From: Hyphomicrobiales bacterium
Lineage (GTDB): Bacteria > Pseudomonadota > Alphaproteobacteria > Rhizobiales > Beijerinckiaceae
NCBI GenBank assembly: GCA_015655535.1
Contig: JAATEW010000036.1
Span: forward strand, 1-45,742
Length of the DNA stretch: 45,742 nucleotides
Direction: 5' to 3'
The notes under the pieces were generated by a model. It made no database searches, had not been told where the DNA came from, and saw only the letters and a list, made by a program, of their open reading frames with translations. This document shows positions 20,180 through 28,668 of the stretch, one piece after another. How positions within the stretch are numbered: the first letter of the stretch is position 1; every line of letters begins with the position of its first letter. A program made the position numbers and the translations under genes.

Positions 20180-21133
20180 ATGCAACGTCGGCAAGCCTTG
20201 CAATGGATCGTCTCCGGCCTTGCCGGCGTCATGGCGAGAGCCGTCACACCCGCTTATGCCGGCGAGGCGAAGGAAATCCGCATCGGCTATCAGAAGTCGG
20301 GCCTTCTGCCAGTCCTCAAGCAAAGGCAGACGCTCGACGCCGTGTTCAACCCGCAAGGCATTACGATCAAATGGGTCGAATTCTCCTTTGGGCCGCCGAT
20401 CATGGAAGGCATCAATACTGGCAATCTCGACTTCGGCTACACCGGCGATGCGCCGCCTGTCTTTGCCCAGGCGGCATCCGCCAATCTCGTCTACGCGGCA
20501 ACGCTGCCGGGCAATTCGGCGAATGGCATTCTCGTCAAGGATGCAGCACCGCTCAAAACGCTCGCCGACCTCAAGGGCAAAAGAGTCGGTTTTGGCAAAG
20601 CTTCAAGCTCTCATACGACTGTGCTCTACGCTCTCGATAAGGCTGGCCTTTCCTATTCCGATATAGAGCCTGTCTATCTCTCGCCGCCCGATGGCGTGGC
20701 GGCCTTTGCGCGCGGTGCCATCGACGCTTGGGCGATTTGGGATCCCTATTATGCGATTTCCCAAGGCAGCGGCGCACGGGTTCTCGCGGACGGAAACGAA
20801 GTCCATGCGCCGCAGTCCTTCTTTCTCGCCAACAAGAGTTTCGCGGCCAATCACGGCGACCTTCTAGCGAAGCTTCTGAATGCCATCGCGATCGATCTCG
20901 CATGGGCGAATACACATCGCGATGAAGTCGCCCGGACGAATTATGAGGTTAGCGGCACCGACCTTGAAGCCCTACGTAAGGCCGTCGCGCGGACCCAATA
21001 TATCATTCAGCCATTCTCCGAGGCCGACACAGCGAGCCAGCAAGATATTGCCAACCGCTTTTTGAAGATCGGGCTTTTGCCGAAGCCGATCGATGTTCGT
21101 GACATCGTCTGGAAGTGGACACCTGCAACCTAG
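20180..21133 (+). CDS. ssuA: Aliphatic sulfonate ABC transporter substrate-binding protein (copy 2)
   Basis: IRIGYQK, EFSFGPPIME, GDAPP, KASSSH and DAWAIWDPY; twin-Arg leader RRQAL; tandem paralog of copy 1. Confidence 0.9.
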   Translation: MQRRQALQWIVSGLAGVMARAVTPAYAGEAKEIRIGYQKSGLLPVLKQRQTLDAVFNPQGITIKWVEFSFGPPIMEGINTGNLDFGYTGDAPPVFAQAASANLVYAATLPGNSANGILVKDAAPLKTLADLKGKRVGFGKASSSHTTVLYALDKAGLSYSDIEPVYLSPPDGVAAFARGAIDAWAIWDPYYAISQGSGARVLADGNEVHAPQSFFLANKSFAANHGDLLAKLLNAIAIDLAWANTHRDEVARTNYEVSGTDLEALRKAVARTQYIIQPFSEADTASQQDIANRFLKIGLLPKPIDVRDIVWKWTPAT

Positions 21134-21166
21134 GCCGCGTCATGGCGCACAGGAGATGAAAAGAGA

Positions 21167-22015
21167 ATGAGCGATACGCCCTGGATCGTCGCGGCTGAAA
21201 TCGCGCCGCCGGTACAGCGCGCGCGGCGCTGGCTGGCTCCGCCCACCATCGGGCGCGGCCTTCTCGCCTGGGTCGTGCCGGCGCTGCTGCTCGTCTTCTG
21301 GCAGATCGCCTCGTCGGTGGGTTGGATTTCCGACACGGTTCTGCCTTCGCCGCTCAAAGTGGCGCAAGCGGGCTGGACGGTCGCCAAATCGGGCGCTCTT
21401 TTCGAAAATGTCGAAGTAAGTTTCTTGCGTGCCATGGCTGGGCTCGTCGTCGGAGGCGCTATCGGTTTTGCTTTCGGACTCGCCAACGGCGTGTCGAAAC
21501 TTTCCGAACATCTGACCGATTCAACCCTTCAGATGCTTCGCAATATTCCGCATCTGTCCTTGATCCCGCTGGTCATCCTTTGGTTCGGCATCGGCGAGGA
21601 AGCGAAGCTCTTTCTCGTTGCGTTGGGCGTCTTCTTTCCGATCTATCTGAACACTTTGCACGGAATCCGGACGATCGACCCGCAACTTCTCGAAATGGGA
21701 AAAAGCTACGGCATGACGAACAGCATGCTGTTCATGAGGATCATTCTGCCCGGCGCCATGCCGTCGATCCTGGTCGGCCTGCGTTTCGCGCTCGGCATCA
21801 TGTGGCTGACCTTGATCGTCGCCGAAACGATCGCGTCGCAATCGGGCATCGGCTATATGGCGATGCAGGCGCGCGAGTTCCTGCAGGTCGATCTCGTCGT
21901 CTTTTCCATCCTGATCTACGCGCTTCTCGGCAAACTTGCCGATTCCGTCGCGCGCTTTCTCGAAACGCAATGCCTCAAATGGCATCCGAGTTTCCAAAGC
22001 GGACCGCGCGCATGA
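21167..22015 (+). CDS. ssuC: Sulfonate ABC transporter permease
   Basis: QMLRNIPHLSLIPLVILWFGIGE and WLTLIVAETIASQSGIGYMAMQAREF. Confidence 0.95.
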   Translation: MSDTPWIVAAEIAPPVQRARRWLAPPTIGRGLLAWVVPALLLVFWQIASSVGWISDTVLPSPLKVAQAGWTVAKSGALFENVEVSFLRAMAGLVVGGAIGFAFGLANGVSKLSEHLTDSTLQMLRNIPHLSLIPLVILWFGIGEEAKLFLVALGVFFPIYLNTLHGIRTIDPQLLEMGKSYGMTNSMLFMRIILPGAMPSILVGLRFALGIMWLTLIVAETIASQSGIGYMAMQAREFLQVDLVVFSILIYALLGKLADSVARFLETQCLKWHPSFQSGPRA

Positions 22016-22857
22016 GCTTCGCCGATACGTCCGCGCCGGCCGAAGCCCGAGCCGCTCCCTTGCCGGATTTCGAAGCCCAGTTCCGTGCGCCGCCGGCAAG
22101 CGGCGTCTCGCTGACGCTGCGCGGTGTCGTCAAAGCCTTCGGTCCGCGCACGATTCTCCGCGATATCGATCTTCATATTCCAGGCGGTCAATTCGTAGCG
22201 ATCGTCGGACGCAGCGGCTGCGGCAAAAGCACTCTGCTGCGCCTGGTCGGCGGTCTCGATCAATCGACGCAAGGGCAGATTGTTTTCGGCGAAGGTGAGC
22301 CGCGGACGGCCGGCGAGAGCCCCGTGCGCGTGATGTTTCAAGAGCCGCGGCTTTTGCCTTGGGCGAATATTCTGGCCAATGTCGAAATTGGGCTCGGCGC
22401 CCAACGCAAGACAAAGCTTGCACGCGAACGTGCGCGCGAAACGCTGCATGCCATCGGCCTTGAGGAGCGCGGTGCCGAATGGCCTTCCGTTCTGTCCGGC
22501 GGTCAGAAGCAGCGCGTTGCTCTGGCTCGCGCGCTTGTCAGTCGGCCGCGGCTCTTGGCCTTCGACGAACCGCTCGGCGCGCTCGACGCGCTGACGCGCA
22601 TCGAGATGCAGCAATTTCTGGAGAAGATCTGGCTGCGCGACCGCTTTACGGCTTTGCTCGTCACACATGATGTCATGGAAGCGCTGACGCTCGCCGATCG
22701 CGTGTTGATGATCGAAAACGGATCGATCACGCTCGATCTTGCGATCGACTTGCCCCGCCCGCGCCGGCGCGGCTCGGTCGACCTCGCTTTGCTGGAGGAG
22801 CGGATCTTGAAGCGCCTTTTGCGCGACGAGACCAACTCGCCGGAGTATGCGATCTAG
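22012..22857 (+). CDS. ssuB: Sulfonate ABC transporter ATPase
   Basis: GRSGCGKS, MFQEPRLLPW, LSGGQKQRVA and DEPLGALDALTR. The true start is ATG 22012, overlapping the ssuC stop. Confidence 0.95.
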   Translation: MSFADTSAPAEARAAPLPDFEAQFRAPPASGVSLTLRGVVKAFGPRTILRDIDLHIPGGQFVAIVGRSGCGKSTLLRLVGGLDQSTQGQIVFGEGEPRTAGESPVRVMFQEPRLLPWANILANVEIGLGAQRKTKLARERARETLHAIGLEERGAEWPSVLSGGQKQRVALARALVSRPRLLAFDEPLGALDALTRIEMQQFLEKIWLRDRFTALLVTHDVMEALTLADRVLMIENGSITLDLAIDLPRPRRRGSVDLALLEERILKRLLRDETNSPEYAI

Positions 22858-22962
22858 AGCGTTTTCGAGCGAAATGGAAACCGGTTCGCGTGAAGAAAAC
22901 GCGTCCAAGACAGAAATCTAGAGCTTCGGTTCTGAATTTTATCAGAACCGAAAAGACTCGAG
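22854..22962. repeat. CIR-like bipartite repeat CTAGAGCGTTTTC...GAAAACGC-CTAGAGC-TTCGGTTCTGA/TCAGAACCGAA
   Basis: Two palindromic modules, each starting CTAGAGC; the first CTAG contains the ssuB stop. Confidence 0.8.
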
Positions 22963-22968
22963 TGTTGC

Positions 22969-23391
22969 CTATCCCAAGCGCGGCTTAATCCGGCTGTTGA
23001 AATCGTCTGCGACGATCGTCGTCCATTCATCGGCAAACAGATTGAGTGTCTGCAAAAATGGATTGTCGCTCAGCGGAAAAAACTGCTGCCGCGTCAGATC
23101 GACCATTTGGCTATTCGTCTGCACGACGAAATGAACCCAACCCGTTTGAGCGCCGAGATCGAGCCAGCGCTGATCGGCCGCTGGCGCATCGGTCCGCAGA
23201 CCCGAGCAGCGCATGACGGCCGCGTGGATGCCATTCGAAAGCAGCTCATCTGCAAGTCTGTGGGAAATCGAGCGGCAATTGTTGAAGCTGACTTCGACGA
23301 GGCCTGCGTGTTTTTGGATGAGATCGGCTTCGGAGGAAAACCACGAAGACGCGTGATCCGCGGAACGCGGGGCACTTGAGCCACTGTTCAT
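22969..23391 (-). CDS. Hypothetical protein with a transglutaminase/papain-like Cys-His-Asp arrangement
   Basis: NNCRSISHRLADELLSNGIHA...WVHFVVQTNSQMVDLTRQQF; fills an otherwise empty gap. Confidence 0.65.
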   Translation of the reverse strand: MNSGSSAPRSADHASSWFSSEADLIQKHAGLVEVSFNNCRSISHRLADELLSNGIHAAVMRCSGLRTDAPAADQRWLDLGAQTGWVHFVVQTNSQMVDLTRQQFFPLSDNPFLQTLNLFADEWTTIVADDFNSRIKPRLG

Positions 23392-23732
23392 GTCGGCGCT
23401 TTCGGCTGCAGGCGAGAGTCATTTCTCTCAGCCACCGACGCCCGTGAAAATGGCCGGTGATGCTTGAACAATGCACGTAATTCAGACCAATAGCTAGCAG
23501 CAATCTTGCCGCGCTTAAGGTTTTCAGCTCAATTCCGGCTCAGGCAAGGTTAGTTCGCTGGCAAATGCACTAGCAATTGGCAGAATATGCGTTATATTTC
23601 ACTCAATCGACTCCTGCTGCGCTACGCTTACTAGGGCCGTCTCGCTCTACTGCGCGCGGATCCGATAAGCCGAACTTCTCAGACTCGATGGCCGCCGGGC
23701 TATTCCGGTAATCTTTGCCAATGGAGGCTGAA

Positions 23733-23942
23733 ATGGCTAACGGCACAGTTAAATGGTTCAACACCGATAAGGGGTATGGCTTTATCAAGCCGCAAGACGG
23801 CAGCAAGGACGTTTTCGTCCATATTTCCGCTGTCGAGCGCTCCGATCTGCGCACCCTCACCGAAGGTCAGGAAATCGCTTATGAGCTCCAGCGCGATCAG
23901 CGCTCGGGCAAGGAAAGCGCTGTCAACCTGCGGTCGGCCTAA
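23733..23942 (+). CDS. cspA: Cold-shock protein
   Basis: MANGTVKWFNTDKGYGFI (RNP1) and DVFVHISA (RNP2); GGAGG RBS. Confidence 0.97.
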   Translation: MANGTVKWFNTDKGYGFIKPQDGSKDVFVHISAVERSDLRTLTEGQEIAYELQRDQRSGKESAVNLRSA

Positions 23943-24032
23943 ATCCGGCTTCATCTATCCGGAGCGCGCGGGTTTTCGCTTAAGGTTTACCCGTCGCGAT
24001 CGGAACCTGGTGGAATAGTCTGATTGGAATGA

Positions 24033-24056
24033 CGGGCTGGCGCATGCGCCAGCCCG
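24033..24056. other. Perfect 24-bp palindrome CGGGCTGGCGCATGCGCCAGCCCG
   Basis: Exact self-reverse-complement between cspA and the next gene; no U-tract follows. Confidence 0.7.
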
Positions 24057-24102
24057 ATCGCCCAAAGGCTTTGTTCGCCTCATTCGTTAAGGACGCTCGG
24101 TC

Positions 24103-24399
24103 ATGAGTATCACCGACATGATTCCCACTCTCGACGACGCTGCTCTCGCCAATCTGCGAAGCAATGCGTCGCGGCTCGAAGCAACAGGTGTCGGACCGCG
24201 CCAGAAAGAAGCAGCTCTTCTTTTGCCGTTGATCGACGCGGAACTTGCAACCCGCAAAGCCAATGGCGTGAAGACGATCCGCGCCGCCCGCGTGGCGAAA
24301 GCAGGCACAAAGACGGTTGCGCCGAAAAAGGCCGCCGCGACGAAAAAGGCAGTAAAGAAGGTCGTCGTCGCCGCCGAGGCGGATGTGGACGACGAATAG
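24103..24399 (+). CDS. Small hypothetical protein with a Lys/Ala-rich histone-like tail
   Basis: Helical N-domain (LDDAALANLRSNASRL...LLPLIDAELATR), then AKAGTKTVAPKKAAATKKAVKK and an acidic end; AAGGA RBS. Confidence 0.75.
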   Translation: MSITDMIPTLDDAALANLRSNASRLEATGVGPRQKEAALLLPLIDAELATRKANGVKTIRAARVAKAGTKTVAPKKAAATKKAVKKVVVAAEADVDDE

Positions 24400-24404
24400 C
24401 GGCG

Positions 24405-24424
24405 GGCGAGACGCAAGTCTCGCC
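24405..24424 (+). terminator. GC-rich hairpin after the histone-like gene
   Basis: GGCGAGAC-GCAA-GTCTCGCC: 8-bp stem with a GNRA loop, 5 nt after the stop. There is no U-tract. Confidence 0.45.
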
Positions 24425-24517
24425 AGTGCCGGTCAGCCGCCCTACGTAAGAGTGCTTATAAAAAATTAACTTAAAAAGAGGAAAGTTGAGCCTTGCCACT
24501 CGGAACCTAGGTGGCCG

Positions 24518-25597
24518 GTGTCAAACTCAACGCGCTCTCGATCAAAATCCTTTTCCGCCGCGATTGTCAGAGCTGCCATTTGCGCGGTCGCGCTTTGCGT
24601 CGGTTGCGCCGATCACGCGGCGGCTTCAGCCAGGATCTTGAGATTCGGTTATATCCTATCGCCCGATTCGCAATTGGGTGAAGGCGAAAAGGTCTTCGCC
24701 GCCGAGGTCGTAGCGCGTACCGGCGGGCGCTATATCGTCGAAGACTACCCGAATGCCATGCTCGGTGGCGAAGTCGCCATGATGAACGACGTGAAGCTCG
24801 GCGCGCTCGATCTGGCTTTTATCACCGGCGCGCCGCTGCCCAAGCTCTTGCCCGAGGCGGGCGTCTTCAACATTCCATTTCTGTTTCGCGACGTCGGCGA
24901 GGCGCGCGTCGTGCTCGACGGGCCGATCGGCAACGACTACCTCAAGAAATTCGACCGGACCGGCCTCTATGCGCTGGCGTGGGGCGAAAATGGCATGCGC
25001 CACATTACGAATTCGAAGCTGCCGATCCGGACGCCGGATGATCTTGCCGGCTTGAAACTGCGATTGCCGCAATCCGACGTGATGACGGCGGGATTCAAGG
25101 CGCTCGGCGCCGATGTACAGCAAATCCCCTTTCCACGCGTTTATGGTGCGTTGCGCGGGGGCAACGTCGATGGCGAGGAGAATCCGATCGCCACGATCCT
25201 GTCGACCAAATTCTATGAGGTGCAAACCTATCTGACGCTCACCGGACATGTCTACGATCCTGCCGTCATCATCATGTCAGGCGATGCGTTCGACGCCTTA
25301 TCCGAGGCCGACAAGCGCGCTTTCAAAGAGGCCGCGAGATTGGCCGGCCAGCAGTCGCGCAAGATCGCCTCGGACGTGGAAAGGACGGGAGTCGCCGCCC
25401 TAAAAGCCAACGGGATGACCGTGATCGAGAAGGTCGACAAGCTCGCCTTCGCAAAACGAGTCTCCGCGGCATCGCCCGAATTCGAGAAGGAATTCGGCCG
25501 TGACGTGATCGAAAAGATCAAGAGCGCAGCCGCCGCGGCAAGCCAAGAGGAACGGCCGGCGGCGGAGACGGCCGAACCCGGCCGGATGCCGCGATGA
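24518..25597 (+). CDS. dctP: TRAP-type substrate-binding protein (DctP family), orphan
   Basis: Signal peptide, [29 protein letters not shown] and [13 protein letters not shown]; no dctQ or dctM adjacent. Confidence 0.9.
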   Translation: MSNSTRSRSKSFSAAIVRAAICAVALCVGCADHAAASARILRFGYILSPDSQLGEGEKVFAAEVVARTGGRYIVEDYPNAMLGGEVAMMNDVKLGALDLAFITGAPLPKLLPEAGVFNIPFLFRDVGEARVVLDGPIGNDYLKKFDRTGLYALAWGENGMRHITNSKLPIRTPDDLAGLKLRLPQSDVMTAGFKALGADVQQIPFPRVYGALRGGNVDGEENPIATILSTKFYEVQTYLTLTGHVYDPAVIIMSGDAFDALSEADKRAFKEAARLAGQQSRKIASDVERTGVAALKANGMTVIEKVDKLAFAKRVSAASPEFEKEFGRDVIEKIKSAAAAASQEERPAAETAEPGRMPR

Positions 25598-27576
25598 CGA
25601 TCAAGCTTCGCGTCGTCGGCGCCTTCGTCATCGTTCTGGTGCTTCTGATCGCCCTCGGCACGAACTCGCTCATCGCGATCATGGCGGTCCAAAAGGAGGC
25701 GCGGCAGGTCGAGACGGGCGTGGCGCAGACGGGCGATATCGCTGACTTTACGGCCCAGGTCCGCACGATGCTGGGACAAGCAACTGTATATGCAGCAAGC
25801 GAGAATGCTTCCGACTTGGAAGTCCTGAATACTACGCTGCAAAAGCTCCAAGCCGCCGGAACGAAACTCAATGAGCGCCAGCAGGCGGGGAATGACAGCA
25901 CGTTCGAGACGCTTCGCGTCGAGATGAAAGACTATATCGGCAGTCTAAATACGATCGTCGGGCTCGTCGGCGCGCGCCAAAAGGAAGCCATCAAGGCCAG
26001 CGAAGCCGCGACCGATATCGAGGTGATCGCATCGGCCATAGCCCAACATGCGGGTGTCGACCCCGATATATCCCTCCAGGCGGTGCGCTTGCTGGACGGC
26101 GCCGAGGCAAGCGGCATTTCCGCTTTCCGCTATCGCTCGTCTCGCGATCCGGCCGATATAGAGGCGGCAAAGCGTTGGCTCGTGATTGCGAAATCCGCGC
26201 TTTCCGCCTTGCAAGCTAATCCGGCATTGGACCAGCGCCTGAAAAAATTCGTCGCAGCCCTCGCAGAGCCGATGGCCGCTTATGAAGATGCGATATCCGG
26301 CATAGAGGTCGGCACCGCCGCCGTCGCGCAAGCCTCAGTCAACTGGAAAGCCTCCGGCAGCAAATTGCTCGAGGATTGGGTGAAATCGCGCAGGGCCAGC
26401 GGCGACATGGAGCGCGACGCCGTCACACGCATGTTGCAGGCGATCTCGGTCGCGCGCATCGTCAATCTGGCCGGAACGGCACTCGCCCTTGGCATCGGCA
26501 TTTTTCTGGCTTCCGCATTGGTGCGCGGTATTGCGCATCCGCTTGTCAAGATCACGGAGGCAATGCGAAAGCTCGCCGCAGGTGCGCTTGAAACGCGCAT
26601 TCCTTTCGCTGGCCGGCACGACGAGGTGGGCGCCATGGCCAAGGCCGTCGCGGTGTTTCGAGACGGCCTGCTCCGCGTGCGGACTCTCGATACCGAAAAG
26701 GAAGAAGAGCGGCTGTCGAAGCAGGTACGCATTCAACGGCTGGAGGCGCTCAACTCGGCCTTCGAGGCGGAGGTTGGCGCCTATACGTCTTCGCTCAGCG
26801 ACGCAGCGGCGAAAATGACCGGCGCCGCGAAAGCCCTGCTCGATATAGCCGCGCAGACCAACGACCGCTCCGCCAATGTCGCGGCGGCCGCCGAAGATGC
26901 GACCGCGCATGTCCGCCTCGTCGCGACGAGCACCGAAGAAGTGTCGACGACCGTCAATGAGATCGACCGTCAGGTCTCCACATCGACCGAGATGGCACGG
27001 CGTGCCGTCGCGCGCGCGGAGGAAGCCGACGTCAACGTCCGGGCTTTGCTCGCAGGCGCGCAGAAGATCGGCGACGTGGTCGTCTTGATCCAATCCATCG
27101 CGCAGGAAACCAATCTGCTGTCGCTCAATGCGACGATCGAAGCAGCCCGCGCCGGCGAGGCAGGCCGTGGATTTGCGGTGGTCGCCAGCGAGGTCAAACA
27201 GCTCGCCGTCGCCACGGCGCGGGCAACCGACGAGATCGGCCGGCAGGTCGGCCATATTCAGGAGGCTATGCAGGCCGCCGCGAATACGATCGAAGAGATC
27301 AGGCTGGCGATTGGCTCGATGGACGATAATACGATCAACATTGCCAAGGCCGTGGAAGAACAATCGTCGGCGATCCGGTTCATCACGTCGAGCGCCGCCA
27401 AGGCTGCGGCGGGCGCCGATGAAGTGACGTTCAACATAGCCGATGTGAGGACCGCCTCCGGCTCGACCGATGCCGCCGCGCGTCAGGTTCTCGCCGCGGC
27501 GGAAGGCATGGCGACGCGCGCCGAAGCGATGAATAAAAAGGTCGGCGATTTCCTCAAGCAGGTGAGAAGCGCTTGA
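25594..27576 (+). CDS. Methyl-accepting chemotaxis protein (large helical periplasmic domain, HAMP, signalling domain)
   Basis: TM1 near the N-terminus, about 260 aa of helical periplasmic domain, TM2, HAMP ([15 protein letters not shown]...DEVGAMA) and the tip [38 protein letters not shown] overlap with dctP. Confidence 0.95.
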   Translation: MTIKLRVVGAFVIVLVLLIALGTNSLIAIMAVQKEARQVETGVAQTGDIADFTAQVRTMLGQATVYAASENASDLEVLNTTLQKLQAAGTKLNERQQAGNDSTFETLRVEMKDYIGSLNTIVGLVGARQKEAIKASEAATDIEVIASAIAQHAGVDPDISLQAVRLLDGAEASGISAFRYRSSRDPADIEAAKRWLVIAKSALSALQANPALDQRLKKFVAALAEPMAAYEDAISGIEVGTAAVAQASVNWKASGSKLLEDWVKSRRASGDMERDAVTRMLQAISVARIVNLAGTALALGIGIFLASALVRGIAHPLVKITEAMRKLAAGALETRIPFAGRHDEVGAMAKAVAVFRDGLLRVRTLDTEKEEERLSKQVRIQRLEALNSAFEAEVGAYTSSLSDAAAKMTGAAKALLDIAAQTNDRSANVAAAAEDATAHVRLVATSTEEVSTTVNEIDRQVSTSTEMARRAVARAEEADVNVRALLAGAQKIGDVVVLIQSIAQETNLLSLNATIEAARAGEAGRGFAVVASEVKQLAVATARATDEIGRQVGHIQEAMQAAANTIEEIRLAIGSMDDNTINIAKAVEEQSSAIRFITSSAAKAAAGADEVTFNIADVRTASGSTDAAARQVLAAAEGMATRAEAMNKKVGDFLKQVRSA

Positions 27577-27677
27577 TTGCAGGACGCAATCATCGTGTCG
27601 GAGGCTGGGTAGTTGACCGGATTGGCCTATGTCCTTAACTCTGGCATCCGCGCAGTATCTATCGAGGCGATCCGGGC

Positions 27678-28667
27678 ATGAGAGACATCACCAAGCTCGC
27701 CGCGGAGCAGCATCTCGAATATCTGCCGATCTCGCTCTTCGGCTCCGTCATGGGACTGACCGGATTGAGCGTTACGTGGCATCTCGCGCAGGCGCGCTAT
27801 GGGACGCCTGAATGGATCACCGAAGCGATCGGTGCTCTCGCGGTCATTGCCTTTGTGGCCGTGTCCCTCGGCTATGCGGTAAAACTCGTGACGGCGCCCG
27901 AGGCCGTACAGGCTGAGTTCAACCACCCGATCGCCGGCAATCTGTTCGGGACATTTCTGATCAGCCTGTTCTTGCTGCCGATCGTCGTCGCGCCGGTCAG
28001 CCTGTTGCTCGCGCAGATGATTTGGAGCATCGGCACCCTCGGCATGCTGATCTTCGCTTGGATCATCACCAGCCGCTGGATGAGCGACCGCCAGCAGATC
28101 GCGCACGCGACGCCGGCTTGGATCGTCCCCGTCGTCGGACTGCTCGACGTATCGCTCGCCGTGCCTTCGCTCAATTTGCCGCCGACGCTGCACGGCGTGA
28201 TGGTATTTGGTCTCGCGGTCGGGCTGTTCTTTGCTGTGCCGCTCTTCACCTTGATCTTTTCACGCCTTGTGTTCGAGCCGCCGATCCCCGACGCGCTGCA
28301 GCCGACGCTGATGATCCTGGTCGCGCCATTCGCAGTCGGCGCCTCAAGCTATGTCGTGACCACCGGACAATTCGATCTCTTCGCGCAGTCGCTCTATATG
28401 ATGACCCTTTTCATGTTGGCGGTATTGGTCGGCCGGCTTCGTTATCTCAGTGTCTGCTGCCCCTTCAGAGTGTCCTGGTGGGCCGTCAGCTTTCCGCTCG
28501 CGGCCTCGGCCATCGTCGCGCTTCGCTATGCGACCGTCGAGCGGAGCTTCTTCGCGGATGCGATCGCGTGGCTGCTTCTCGCCTTTGCAAGTGTGATCAT
28601 TCTGGGGCTTCTGATCCGTACCCTTGTCGGCGTCGCGCGGGGCGAGCTGCGAACCTTAAGCAGCTAG
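27678..28667 (+). CDS. TDT/SLAC1 (TehA-like) anion channel
   Basis: FGSVMGLTGL, EFNHP, PAWIVPVVG, PTLMILVAP and SWWAVSFP; about ten TM segments. Confidence 0.9.
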   Translation: MRDITKLAAEQHLEYLPISLFGSVMGLTGLSVTWHLAQARYGTPEWITEAIGALAVIAFVAVSLGYAVKLVTAPEAVQAEFNHPIAGNLFGTFLISLFLLPIVVAPVSLLLAQMIWSIGTLGMLIFAWIITSRWMSDRQQIAHATPAWIVPVVGLLDVSLAVPSLNLPPTLHGVMVFGLAVGLFFAVPLFTLIFSRLVFEPPIPDALQPTLMILVAPFAVGASSYVVTTGQFDLFAQSLYMMTLFMLAVLVGRLRYLSVCCPFRVSWWAVSFPLAASAIVALRYATVERSFFADAIAWLLLAFASVIILGLLIRTLVGVARGELRTLSS

Positions 28668-28668
28668 A

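Noticed and set aside
21322-22011. N-terminal extension of the 511-aa ssuB ORF (apparent fusion or frameshift)
   Set aside because: It is an out-of-frame overlap with intact ssuC; the real start is ATG 22012.
5974-22962. Repeats as a CRISPR array or an autonomous IS
   Set aside because: They are dispersed palindromes, not regularly spaced direct repeats with spacers, and no cas or transposase gene is present.
23557-23592. Sigma-54 promoter candidates (TGGCA...GC) upstream of cspA
   Set aside because: The GG-GC spacing is 11 and 8 nt rather than the required 10.
24455-24475. CtrA box upstream of dctP-mcp (TTATAAAAAATTAACTTAA)
   Set aside because: Only a TTAAC half-site is present, and the spacing does not fit TTAA-N7-TTAA.
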